This document shows, piece by piece, positions 1 to 9,055 of a DNA stretch of 20,000 nt (its first letter is position 1; each line of letters starts with the position of its first letter). A model generated the notes under the pieces. It did not search any database. It worked only from the letters and a program-made list of their open reading frames with translations, and was not told the DNA's origin. The stretch is from Lentisphaeria bacterium (GTDB taxonomy: Bacteria; Verrucomicrobiota; Lentisphaeria; JABSQK01; JAWLHB01): assembly GCA_041690595.1 (NCBI GenBank), contig JAWLHB010000002.1, positions 292,534 through 312,533 on the forward strand, in the 5' to 3' direction. A program made the position numbers and the translations under genes.

Positions 1-1264
1 TGGACTTGTCGCTGACATTGGCCTGCCCGTATCGCTCCCTGCTCCCTTTGCCTTTCTCCATTGCCTCGATGCTGCCCATGCCCCGATACACCACGTAAGT
101 GCGACCATGATGCAGGATCTTCTGACCAGGGCTCTCCTGCGTTCCCGCAAGCGCCGAACCCATCATCACGCAATCACCGCCCACGCACAACGCCTTTACC
201 ACATCTCCAGAATACTTGATACCCCCGTCCGCAATGATCGGCACCTCGCCGCCGACGCCGCGATACGTCTCATAGACGGCGGTAAGCTGCGGTATACCCA
301 CCCCGCAGACGACCCGCGTCGTGCAGATCGAACCGGGACCCACACCCACCTTGATCGCATCCGCACCCGCTCTCACAAGGGCGATCCCTGCCTCGGCCGA
401 AGCCACGTTGCCGGCCACCACGTCGATGCTGGTATAGGCCTTCTTCAGCTCCTTGACACTCTCGATGACTCCCTTCGTGAAACCATGCGCCGTATCGATG
501 ACCACCGCGTCGACGCCTGCCTCCACCAACCTCGCCACCCGGGAAAAGTCATACGGACTGACCGCCGCCGCAACCCGCAATTTGAACTGCGCATCGCGAT
601 TGATCGTCGGATCGATGTTGTCGCTGAGGCTCTTCACATCGTGAAAGGAGTACAGCCCCGCCAGACGCCCTTCGCCGTCCACGATCGGCAACTTCCCGAC
701 ACGGTGCTCCCGCATGATCGAGAATGCCTGGTCAAGAGTCGTTCCCACTGGCGCGGTGATCAACTCCTTCGTCATCACGTCACTCACCGATACATCCGTG
801 TTGCTGACGAACTTGATGTCGCGCGCTGTCAGAATGCCAACCAGCTTGCTGTCCGCATCCAGAATCGGAAACCCGGTGAACGTGTAGCTCTTGCGATGCT
901 TGATGTCGAGCAGCTCGCTGAGGAGCATGTCGTGGCGGAAGCAAACCGGATTCTCGATGAGACCATTCAGGTAGCTCTTGACGCGCCGCACCTCTTCTGC
1001 CTGGCGATCTTCATCGAGGTTCTTGTGGATGACGCCGATGCCACCGGCAAGCGCCATCGCAATGGCCATCTCGCTCTCGGTCACCGTATCCATTGCCGCG
1101 CTGGCAAAGGGGATGAAGGTCTTGATGTTACGGCTGAATCTGGATTCGATCACAGCTTCGTCTGGAGCGAAATCCGCATATTGGGTGACCAGCGAGACAT
1201 CGTCAAAAGTCAGTCCCTCCCCGGGGAACTGTGCCATCAATGCCTCGATATGGGGGCTAAGCAC
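1..1264 (-). CDS. guaB: IMP dehydrogenase with CBS subdomain (3' end runs off the window)
   Basis: Manual minus-strand translation from GTG at 1264 (AAGGA SD upstream): [26 protein letters not shown]...[28 protein letters not shown], catalytic loop [20 protein letters not shown], and YRGMGS. Absent from the ORF track; the + ORF 107..1348 is its antisense shadow. Confidence 0.97.
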   Translation of the reverse strand, partial: MLSPHIEALMAQFPGEGLTFDDVSLVTQYADFAPDEAVIESRFSRNIKTFIPFASAAMDTVTESEMAIAMALAGGIGVIHKNLDEDRQAEEVRRVKSYLNGLIENPVCFRHDMLLSELLDIKHRKSYTFTGFPILDADSKLVGILTARDIKFVSNTDVSVSDVMTKELITAPVGTTLDQAFSIMREHRVGKLPIVDGEGRLAGLYSFHDVKSLSDNIDPTINRDAQFKLRVAAAVSPYDFSRVARLVEAGVDAVVIDTAHGFTKGVIESVKELKKAYTSIDVVAGNVASAEAGIALVRAGADAIKVGVGPGSICTTRVVCGVGIPQLTAVYETYRGVGGEVPIIADGGIKYSGDVVKALCVGGDCVMMGSALAGTQESPGQKILHHGRTYVVYRGMGSIEAMEKGKGSRERYGQANVSDKS

Positions 1265-1341
1265 GGTCGGTATCCTTGCTCTTTTGGTGGTCGTTACGGA
1301 AGACGTGTCAGCGAGGCTGACCTGCTTCCCCTGACCAAGAT

Positions 1342-1369
1342 AAGGTAGAAGGCACGGCGGCTATGTCAA
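1342..1369 (-). promoter_or_regulatory. Putative sigma70 promoter for guaB
   Basis: Minus strand TTGACA (1369-1364), 16-nt spacer, TACCTT (1347-1342), ~80 bp upstream of the guaB start. Confidence 0.55.
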
Positions 1370-1413
1370 GCAGTGCCCCTTCAATTGCCTGCGCGACCAG
1401 TTATACCGCCGGC

Positions 1414-1444
1414 TTGACAGGCGCGCCCAGCCGTTGTGTAGTAT
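1414..1444 (+). promoter_or_regulatory. Putative sigma70 promoter for the J-domain gene
   Basis: Perfect TTGACA at 1414-1419. The -10 is ambiguous: TGTAGT at a 17-nt spacer or TAGTAT at a 19-nt spacer. Confidence 0.4.
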
Positions 1445-1482
1445 CAAGAAAGGATACCCTCAACGCCCCTGCGAATCTCCAG

Positions 1483-2337
1483 ATGACAGAGCTCACTTTC
1501 TACGATATCCTGCGGATTTCGCGAACGGCCACCTTTGCTGAACTGAAGAAGGCCTACTACCAGCGGGCAAAGGAGTGTCACCCCGACCTGCACCATGGCT
1601 CCAGCGCCAGGACCGAAGACTTCAAACGCCTGGTCCACGCCTTCAACGTCCTGTCTGACCCGCTTCAGCGCCGGCAATACGACGAGCAGTTGCGCTTTGT
1701 CACCGACCTGGGCGCAAGCGGCTTTACCGGCGATGCCATCGGCTATATGCCCCCCGATGGCATACCCATCATGGACAGCGTGGCGGACGATATTCTCGAA
1801 GAGCTGATCGTCGGCAACGACGTGCCCCCCGGCGCGACATTGCAGTCCTTGATGCGAGACTTGGAGAGCACCCGCAAATTCATCCGCTTCCGCGAAGGCA
1901 AGACCCTCTTGTTCCAGAACCAGCCTCGGGAAGCCTTCCAGCGCTTCAGCTCCGCCAGCGCCGAAAGCCCATCCAATATTCTCTATCGCTATTACCTGGC
2001 AGCGACGTGCCTGCGCCTCGACATGCGGCAGCTCGCACGCAAGCATCTCGAGCTATGCCTGCAACTGGGCTCCAGCCGCAATCCGCCCCAGTATCTCCAG
2101 CGCATTCGCGATGAGTTGCGCCGTAGCCGCCACCAGTACCGGGGCTTCCTCGGTTGGCTCGTTGACGCACTCAAGCCTCCCCCGCCCCCAGGCCGCTTCA
2201 AGAGCACCGAACAGCAGATGATCGAGGAAGTGAGCAGATCGATCGTCCACATTGTCCGCCAGGAGGCAAGAGAAAAGCGAGCGGCCGACCGGCAAAGGCG
2301 GCAGCTCGGCGAGGGCAAAGACGATCAGCGCTCCTGA
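1483..2337 (+). CDS. DnaJ (J-domain) protein with C-terminal TPR-like helices
   Basis: Starts MTELTFYDILRISRTATFAELKKAYYQRAKECHPD (HPD motif) ...FKRLVHAFNVLSDPLQRRQYD. TPR-like segment EGKTLLFQNQPREAFQRFSSASAESPSNILYRYYLAATCLRL. ATG 1483 preferred over 1363 because the J-domain begins there and the promoter lies between the two. Confidence 0.88.
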   Translation: MTELTFYDILRISRTATFAELKKAYYQRAKECHPDLHHGSSARTEDFKRLVHAFNVLSDPLQRRQYDEQLRFVTDLGASGFTGDAIGYMPPDGIPIMDSVADDILEELIVGNDVPPGATLQSLMRDLESTRKFIRFREGKTLLFQNQPREAFQRFSSASAESPSNILYRYYLAATCLRLDMRQLARKHLELCLQLGSSRNPPQYLQRIRDELRRSRHQYRGFLGWLVDALKPPPPPGRFKSTEQQMIEEVSRSIVHIVRQEAREKRAADRQRRQLGEGKDDQRS

Positions 2338-4475
2338 CCGCGCGACTGAGCCACTTCCCGCATCGAAAGCGATATCCGCCGTCGCTCTCGATCGATCCCG
2401 ATGACACGCACCAGAACCGTCTGCATGGCAGCAATCACGCCCTGCCCCTGATTCACCAGCTCACTGACGTGAACCATGCCGTCGCGGTGCACCCCGATGT
2501 CGACAAAGGCACCGAAGTTGGTGACATTGGTGATGCGGCCCGGCAGCACCATGCCCATCTTCACATCATCGAACGTGCGCACGTCGTCGGCAAATGCGAA
2601 GGGGACGAAGACGGGCCGCGGATCACGCCCCGGCCGCTTCAGTTCCTCACGGATGTCGAGCAACGTTGGCATGCCGACCTCTCCCGCCACGAACTGGCCG
2701 AGATCCAGTGCCTCCAGCAACGCTTCATCCTCCATGAGCTGCTTGATCGAGGCCCCAAGCTCCGCCGCCATGCGCTCCACCAGCCCGTAGCTCTCCGGAT
2801 GAACCGCACTCGCATCGAGCGGATTCCTTCCGCTTCGCACCCGAAGGAAGCCCACCCCCTGCTCGAATGCTGTTTTGCCGAAGCGCGGCACCCGAAGCAA
2901 CTGCTGCCGGTCGACAAAGCGGCCGTGCGTCTCCCGGTAAGCGACGATGTTGGCGGCAAGAGCAGGTCCCACCCCCGAGATCAACCGCAGAAGCTGAACG
3001 CTCGCCGAATTCACCTCCACACCAACGGCATGCACACAGCTCACCACCTCTTCCTCAAGCTTCTTGCGCAGCTTCTTCTGATCCACATCATGTTGATACT
3101 GCCCGACCCCGATGGTCTTCGGATCGAGCTTGACCAACTCCGCCAGAGGATCGATCAACCGCCGGCCGATCGAGACCGCGCCACGGACGGTGATATCCTC
3201 GTTCGGGAACTCCTCCCGCGCCAGATCCGAGGCGGAATAGATCGAAGCCCCACTCTCGTCCACCATGATGACCTGCACTCCCGCCAGGTGCCAGCCACGA
3301 ATGCATGCCTCGGCTTCGCGTCCCCCGGTGCCGTTGCCGATGGCGATAGCCCGGATGCCATGCTTCGCGCACACCCCCTCCAGAGCCTTCCTGGCTTCCA
3401 TCTCCGCTTTCACGCCTTGGCTCAGGAAGAGAACCATGCTGGCAACGAGACAACCGGTGGCATCGAGCACCACGGTCTTGCAGCCGGTTCGCAGCCCCGG
3501 ATCGATGGCCACGATCGGCTGTGGCCCAAGCGGCGCCGCCATCAGCAGATTGCGCAGATTGCGGGCAAAGACCGCGATAGCCTTATCGTCCGCGCTCTCC
3601 TTGAGCTGGTTTCGCAGCTCCGTCTCCAGAGATGGGGCCAGAAGGCGCCGGTAGCTCTCCTCCACGGCGAGAAGAAGCTGCTCCCCCATGGCGTTGCGGC
3701 GACGCACCAGCCGGTCCGCCATCATCGCAATCGCTTCCGCCGCCGGGGGGCGAATCGAAACCCGCAAAAAGCCCTCACGCGCCCCCCGCAGAATGGCGAG
3801 CAGACGATGACTTGGAACGCGCTTGGCCAGCTCGCTCCACTCAAAGTAATCCCGATACGTCTCCCCTTCCTTTGCTTTCCCCTTGACTACGCTGGCTGTG
3901 AGAATGGCCTTCTCGGCAAAGAAGTGGCGCAAGGCCTGGCGAATGCTGGCGTTCTCGCTGATCCATTCCGCCTGAATGTCGCGCGCCCCCTGAAGCGCCG
4001 CCTCCACGTCAGTCACATGCTCCGTCACATACGAGCGCGCAACCGTGTATGGATCCAAATTCTGGCGACCTTCATTCAGCAGCTTCGCCAAAGGCTCCAA
4101 CCCCAACTCGATGGCCACCTGAGCACGCGTACGCCGCTTTTCCCGATACGGCATGAAAAGATCCTCGAGCTCCGTCAGGTTCCGCGCCCGATAGAGCTCC
4201 GTACGTAACTGCTTCGACAGCAGCCCTCGACGCTCCAGCTGCGACAGGATCACCCTCCGCCGCGTGTCCCTCTCCTCTATCCGCGCAGCCCCGTCGCGTA
4301 TGGCCCGAATGCCCACTTCATCCAGACCGTCAAGGTGCTCCTTGCGATATCGGGCGATGAAAGGCACCGTCGCCCCACCCTGCAGCAGAACAAGTGTACG
4401 ACATACCTGTCCCAGCTCCAGATCCAGAGACGTGGCAAGCTCCAGAAGAGCCCCCTGCGTATAGTCGGTCGCCAT
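2325..4475 (-). CDS. tex: Tex/YhgF-family RNA-binding transcriptional accessory protein
   Basis: GATVPFIARYRKE, AIDPGLRTGCK (YqgF-like), AIGNGTGGRE, VDESGASIYSAS, RGAVSIGRRLIDPLAELVKLDPKTIGVGQYQHDV, HhH region, C-terminal S1 domain GRITNVTNFGAFVDIGVHRDGMVHVSE. Confidence 0.96.
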   Translation of the reverse strand: MATDYTQGALLELATSLDLELGQVCRTLVLLQGGATVPFIARYRKEHLDGLDEVGIRAIRDGAARIEERDTRRRVILSQLERRGLLSKQLRTELYRARNLTELEDLFMPYREKRRTRAQVAIELGLEPLAKLLNEGRQNLDPYTVARSYVTEHVTDVEAALQGARDIQAEWISENASIRQALRHFFAEKAILTASVVKGKAKEGETYRDYFEWSELAKRVPSHRLLAILRGAREGFLRVSIRPPAAEAIAMMADRLVRRRNAMGEQLLLAVEESYRRLLAPSLETELRNQLKESADDKAIAVFARNLRNLLMAAPLGPQPIVAIDPGLRTGCKTVVLDATGCLVASMVLFLSQGVKAEMEARKALEGVCAKHGIRAIAIGNGTGGREAEACIRGWHLAGVQVIMVDESGASIYSASDLAREEFPNEDITVRGAVSIGRRLIDPLAELVKLDPKTIGVGQYQHDVDQKKLRKKLEEEVVSCVHAVGVEVNSASVQLLRLISGVGPALAANIVAYRETHGRFVDRQQLLRVPRFGKTAFEQGVGFLRVRSGRNPLDASAVHPESYGLVERMAAELGASIKQLMEDEALLEALDLGQFVAGEVGMPTLLDIREELKRPGRDPRPVFVPFAFADDVRTFDDVKMGMVLPGRITNVTNFGAFVDIGVHRDGMVHVSELVNQGQGVIAAMQTVLVRVIGIDRERRRISLSMREVAQSRGQER

Positions 4476-4478
4476 CGT

Positions 4479-5195
4479 CTAGTCCTGATCGTCGTCGTCA
4501 AAAAGATCGTGACAGGGACCATACCGCTCATTCTCCCGAAGGATCTCCAGCGACACGTTGCTGGCCGACACATAAGGTGCAAGGCACGTGGGCAACGCCA
4601 TTTTGCCACAATCTTCGTCTTCGACATAGACCAGCTCGGCACCCTGTTCGCACCATGGCCGCTGGAAACAATCCGGGCAGAAGCCGTTGCAGCCGTCCAG
4701 CATGACCATGCCGCCCGGCGCCATGATATCGAACTCTTTGCCCTCGACTTCCTCCCGCAGGTACGCGTAGACCAGCCGGTCGGGCACCCCGATGTGCAGA
4801 TCGGCAATGTAGCCATGCATGTGTAGACGCTCCACAACCTCCTCCAGCTCCGCCGCCACATCCGTGTCACTCATGGCATCCAAGTCCTTGAAGACGACAT
4901 TGAGCGAGTGCTTCACCGGCTTGCCCTCCATCCAGCGCTCGAAGCGCAGCCAGTCCGTATCCGGATCGTAATCTGGCTCCACTGGCGGAAACAACATCCC
5001 CTTTGCCTCCAGCGCCTCGCGGTTAGGGCACGCACGATAGGTGCGCGCCCAGTGCAACAGGACGCGCAGGCGGCTATTCTCCATCTTCAGCTCCTCGGGC
5101 GTCTCCTGGAAAACGTCACCAATATCCAGCCCAAGCGCCGCGAACTCCCGCTTCAGCCCCTTGTTCTCAAGAATATGATCTAGTTTGGCGCCCAT
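4479..5195 (-). CDS. Hypothetical acidic protein with a C-terminal Cys cluster (possible metal or Fe-S binding)
   Basis: ORF 4479..5234. Strong SD AAGGAGG 5 nt before ATG 5195. Ends 3 nt before the tex start. Motif GCNGFCPDCFQRPWCE, further Cys residues, acidic tail. Confidence 0.75.
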   Translation of the reverse strand: MGAKLDHILENKGLKREFAALGLDIGDVFQETPEELKMENSRLRVLLHWARTYRACPNREALEAKGMLFPPVEPDYDPDTDWLRFERWMEGKPVKHSLNVVFKDLDAMSDTDVAAELEEVVERLHMHGYIADLHIGVPDRLVYAYLREEVEGKEFDIMAPGGMVMLDGCNGFCPDCFQRPWCEQGAELVYVEDEDCGKMALPTCLAPYVSASNVSLEILRENERYGPCHDLFDDDDQD

Positions 5196-5375
5196 CATAA
5201 CCTCCTTCAGCATGTTACTGCCATACCTTGTCACTCACATGGACATCTGTCCACCCAAATCGTCGGCGGATTTGCAATGCATCGGGGACAGCATAAGCTT
5301 ATGGGTTGCCACGTTGCCTTCCGGGGAGGGAGGCAGCTTTCATCGAACCACGTCTTGCGAACTTGATCAGTCTTC

Positions 5376-5987
5376 ATGCTGACCCTGACACGACCATCCA
5401 GAGCGAGCATCGAGCGGTGCCTGGCGGATCAGTCGCCTTGCAGATATACCTACGCCGAGGTCGGATGCACACAAAACGTTACGGACCCGACGCTGCCCCA
5501 ACTGCGCGAACGGGTGCCGACCAGCTACGCCATCGATCGCACTCGAGCCCTCCTGGGATCAGGCGAAGGTTGCTACCTTCGCGCCTGCGAATCCATGCGC
5601 AGCTGGCGGATGTGCGACGTCGGATGGGCATCGGCCTGCTGGCCCGAGACACCGATCGAAATTGGTAGGATTGTGGCCATCCTCGCGCGCACCTACGGGC
5701 TCTGGTCGCTCAACGTGTCGCGCATTATCTACGTGATCGAAGATCGCGGCGACGTGGAGCGATTCGGCTTTGCATACGGCACCCTGCCCCACCACGTCGA
5801 GCGAGGCGAAGAGCGATTCTCCATCGAATGGGATCATGCCACCGACAAAGTCTGGTATCGCATCACCGCCATATCCCAGCCAAAGCATTGGCTGGTGAAC
5901 CTCGCTCATCGCCTGGCCCGAAAAACCCAGCGACGCTTCGCCCGCGACTCCGTCTGCGCCATTCGCGCCGCCGCGAACGCACCATGA
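5376..5987 (+). CDS. DUF1990 family protein
   Basis: YTYAEVGCT, LGSGEGCYLRACESMRSWRM, SRIIYVIED, RFGFAYGTLPHHVERGEERFSIEW match the DUF1990 pattern. Confidence 0.88.
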   Translation: MLTLTRPSRASIERCLADQSPCRYTYAEVGCTQNVTDPTLPQLRERVPTSYAIDRTRALLGSGEGCYLRACESMRSWRMCDVGWASACWPETPIEIGRIVAILARTYGLWSLNVSRIIYVIEDRGDVERFGFAYGTLPHHVERGEERFSIEWDHATDKVWYRITAISQPKHWLVNLAHRLARKTQRRFARDSVCAIRAAANAP

Positions 5988-6056
5988 CGTCCCGCCTCCC
6001 TCTTTTTTTATCCTGTTGACGCATCATTTCCCGAGGCGTGGAGTCCAAAAGCACAA

Positions 6057-8558
6057 ATGTCGAGTGATACAGATGCCGCGGTCATGACGAGGTCTATCTT
6101 GCAACGTTATCTTCTGGTTCTTCTGCTGCTGATTGGGCTGACTGGCTTGCGCCTCCATGGCGCGCCGGCGGATGACATCGCAAAACTGGAACAAGCGATC
6201 CAGGCGGATCCCCCGCCCCCGGTCTCCCCGACCTCGCGGGCACTGGAAAATCTGCCGGAGAACACCGCGCTCTCCTGCGGCCCCTGGCAGTTGCGCCGCT
6301 ACCTGCTCAAGGAAGTGACCACACCACTGCAGAAGCGCCTCGCCCCCAAACAGGAAAAAGCGGTGCAGCCTGTCCATCTGCTCCCTGTCGATTTCAGTGA
6401 CAATCGCGACTTCTTCGCGCGTCCCCAAGGCTCCCTCTGGGGTTGGAATACCCTGCACGTCGAGCTGGAGTTCCCCGAAGGTTTCCCGGATGAAGCGGAT
6501 CTCTACTTCTTCGTCAAGGACTGGGATGATCTGTGGCTGCATATCCGCAAACCCGTGACCAGCTCCGCCGGACAACGGCTGGTCTTTGCCTTGCCGATCT
6601 CCGGGAAGGCTGCCACCCAGGCCTGGACCCCGCGCGGCCATCAGCGCCCCTGGCATCAGTTGACACCGGATCAGCTATCCGAAGTCGGTATCAAGATCGC
6701 CGCTCCCGCCGGCATCGCGTCCACCTGGAAAGGAGACGTGAAGCTCCACGGTCTCACCTTGAGCCGATCGCTGGAGAGCACCCAAAAGCCGCGCATCCAT
6801 GACCTGCAGCGTCTGCCGGAAGTCCCACAGGTAGGGCGCATGGTCGAAATCTCCTTCCGCGTCAATCATCTCTACAAAGACCCCTTCAATCCCGCGGATG
6901 TCGATCTGGCCGCCACCATCACCACCCCCAATGGCGACACCTATCGAACCAGAGCCTTCTACATGGAAGATTTCCTTTACGACGACAAGCCCCGGGGTTC
7001 GCGCCTGTTGACGCCACATGGCATGCCCCGCTTCGCGGTGCGCTTCACCCCCCGGCACCAGGGCTTCCACAAGGTGGCGATCGCCGGTCACCTTGGTAGC
7101 GTGGCGCTCGCCCTTCCTGAACTGGAAGTCGAAATTCTGCCCGAGACACAACCATGGAAGGGCTTTGTCAGGGTCTCCCCCCATGATGACCGGCTGCTGG
7201 TGAATTCCCGGGACAACTCGGAATATTGGGGCCTCGGCATGAACATGCGCTCCCCCAACGATACCCGCTATCATGAATCGTTCCCCTTCACCGAATGGGA
7301 TGGACGCGATTTCGAAGTCTACGAGAAACTCCTGCCAAAATATGCGGCCGCCGGTATCAAGGTGATCGAGGTATGGATGTCTCCATGGTGGCTGGCTCTG
7401 GAGTGGATTCCGGATGCACCCGGCAACCATGGGCTCGGCTACATGAACCCATGGCGCGCCTGGAAAATCGACCGCCTCATGATGCTCGCCGAGAAATACG
7501 ACCTCCAGGTCATCCTCGTGATCAACAACCATGGGAAGTTCAGTGCATGGATCGACTCCGACTGGGCGCGCAACCCCTTCAACAAGGAGAATGGCGGGCC
7601 GCTTGTCACCCCCATGGAATACTTCAGCAAGCCCGTCGCCCGGGAAGCCTTCAAACGACTCGCCGATTATATGGTGGCAAGATGGGGCTACTCATCCAAT
7701 CTCCTCGCATGGAAGCTCTTCACCGAGATTGACCTCACTGGCGACAATCGACAATGGTACAAGGACCAGTCGGTGACGGACTGGCATCGCTTCGCTGCCC
7801 GCTACCTGAAGTCCATCGACCCCAACCAGCACCTGGTCACCACCCACTGGGCAACCTCCTATGAACTGGTCAACGAAGAGCTGGCCAAACTTCCGGAACT
7901 CGACATCCTCACTCTGGACATCTACTACGGTGGAAGCGGCGCCCGGCACCTCTTCAACTTCATGTTCTCCACTGCCAGTTTTGTCGACAGCATGAAGAAG
8001 CCGGCAATCATCACGGAATTCGGCGGCAGTCCGCACGGCGATACGCTGCCGCATATCCTCCACCAGCTCCACATGGGCTTGTGGGCGGGATACTTCACGA
8101 AGTTCCCCGTCAGTCCGTGCTTCTGGTGGTATCCCCTCGTGGAGGAGAAGAACCTCTACAGCTACTACGAAAGCCTCGCCCACTTCGCGGCAGGAGAGAA
8201 TCGCACCGGCGCCAAACGCGTCAATCGTACCCTGCGCGACGACCTCTACCTCTGCGAACTGCGCCAGGAAAATTCGCGCCTCTTCTGGCTCCTCGACACC
8301 AAGCACTACTTCGGCGGCAGCCTCACCATCCCCCCAACCGTGCACCGCACGGTCGATCTGGAGATGCCCGGATTGCCGGCCGGCACCTACGAGGTCGAAT
8401 TCTGGGACTGCCGATCGGGCATCCGAATGCAGCAGGAACGTTGGCAGATTCAACCCGGCGACAGCTCCCCCAAGCTCAAGCTGCCCGTCTTCCAGTGCGA
8501 TATCGCCGGCAAGATTCGGCGAGTTCAAGACGCGGCCAAGGAAACCGCCGCCGACTGA
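6057..8558 (+). CDS. Secreted DUF5060-domain protein with a clan GH-A (GH5-like) TIM barrel, putative glycoside hydrolase
   Basis: Hydrophobic signal (YLLVLLLLIGLTGL; start could be ATG 6084). DUF5060-like VEISF...YKDPFNPADVDLAATITTPNG...AFYMEDF...FAVRFTP. Barrel motifs YMVARWGYSSNLLAWKLFTEID, DPNQHLVTT, KPAIITEFG. C-terminal beta domain GLPAGTYEVEFWD. Confidence 0.8.
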   Translation: MSSDTDAAVMTRSILQRYLLVLLLLIGLTGLRLHGAPADDIAKLEQAIQADPPPPVSPTSRALENLPENTALSCGPWQLRRYLLKEVTTPLQKRLAPKQEKAVQPVHLLPVDFSDNRDFFARPQGSLWGWNTLHVELEFPEGFPDEADLYFFVKDWDDLWLHIRKPVTSSAGQRLVFALPISGKAATQAWTPRGHQRPWHQLTPDQLSEVGIKIAAPAGIASTWKGDVKLHGLTLSRSLESTQKPRIHDLQRLPEVPQVGRMVEISFRVNHLYKDPFNPADVDLAATITTPNGDTYRTRAFYMEDFLYDDKPRGSRLLTPHGMPRFAVRFTPRHQGFHKVAIAGHLGSVALALPELEVEILPETQPWKGFVRVSPHDDRLLVNSRDNSEYWGLGMNMRSPNDTRYHESFPFTEWDGRDFEVYEKLLPKYAAAGIKVIEVWMSPWWLALEWIPDAPGNHGLGYMNPWRAWKIDRLMMLAEKYDLQVILVINNHGKFSAWIDSDWARNPFNKENGGPLVTPMEYFSKPVAREAFKRLADYMVARWGYSSNLLAWKLFTEIDLTGDNRQWYKDQSVTDWHRFAARYLKSIDPNQHLVTTHWATSYELVNEELAKLPELDILTLDIYYGGSGARHLFNFMFSTASFVDSMKKPAIITEFGGSPHGDTLPHILHQLHMGLWAGYFTKFPVSPCFWWYPLVEEKNLYSYYESLAHFAAGENRTGAKRVNRTLRDDLYLCELRQENSRLFWLLDTKHYFGGSLTIPPTVHRTVDLEMPGLPAGTYEVEFWDCRSGIRMQQERWQIQPGDSSPKLKLPVFQCDIAGKIRRVQDAAKETAAD

Positions 8559-8596
8559 AAACGCGAAGCAGAACGCATACGCAAATGAGGCACATC

Positions 8597-9055
8597 ATGA
8601 GCGACAGCCTGGACCACGGCCTACTCCTGGAGACCGCGTTGGCGGAGGCGCGGGATGGCCTGCGCGAAGGTGGCATCCCCATCGGCGCAGCCATCTTCGA
8701 CCGGAGCGGAACCTTGCTTGGACGCGGCCGGAATCGCCGCGTACAGGAGGGTGATCCTTCGGCGCATGCCGAGGTGGACGCCTTCCGCAACGCCGGCCGC
8801 CAGCCCTCCTATGCGGGCACGATCATGGTCACCACCCTCGCGCCATGCTGGTACTGCAGCGGCCTGATCCGCCAGTTCAGAATCCCCCTGGTGCTGGTGG
8901 GTGAATCGAGAAATTTCCAAGGTGGCATGGCGTGGTTGCGCCAGTGTGGGATCGAGGTGATCGACCTTGACTCGGCGCCATGCTACGACATGCTCAGCCT
9001 CTATATCGCCGACCATCCGCGCGTCTGGAACGAAGACATCGGCGAGGCTACCTAA
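8597..9055 (+). CDS. Zn-dependent nucleoside/cytosine deaminase, yeast FCY1-like
   Basis: EGGIPIGAA, GRNRRVQEGDPSAHAEVDA (HxE), TTLAPCWYC (PCxxC), C-terminal WNEDIGE. GAGG SD 6 nt before ATG 8597. Confidence 0.9.
   Translation: MSDSLDHGLLLETALAEARDGLREGGIPIGAAIFDRSGTLLGRGRNRRVQEGDPSAHAEVDAFRNAGRQPSYAGTIMVTTLAPCWYCSGLIRQFRIPLVLVGESRNFQGGMAWLRQCGIEVIDLDSAPCYDMLSLYIADHPRVWNEDIGEAT

Noticed and set aside
107..1348. 413-aa plus-strand ORF
   Set aside because: Antisense shadow of guaB; His/Arg-rich with no motifs.
4640..4700. Radical SAM enzyme call from CxxxCxxC
   Set aside because: The motif is near the C-terminus with no room for the radical SAM barrel, and a fourth Cys follows.
5272..5303. 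TTGCAA-N16-TAAGCT and palindrome CATAAGCTTATG in the divergent intergenic region
   Set aside because: Plausible promoter for the DUF1990 gene, but the match is too weak and there is no minus-strand -35, so it is not called.
5988..6012. T-run after the DUF1990 gene as a terminator
   Set aside because: No convincing GC stem precedes the T tract.
8081..8596. N-terminal extension of the deaminase ORF (324 aa)
   Set aside because: Overlaps the upstream CDS out of frame and is low-complexity Arg-rich; the SD and domain start support ATG 8597.
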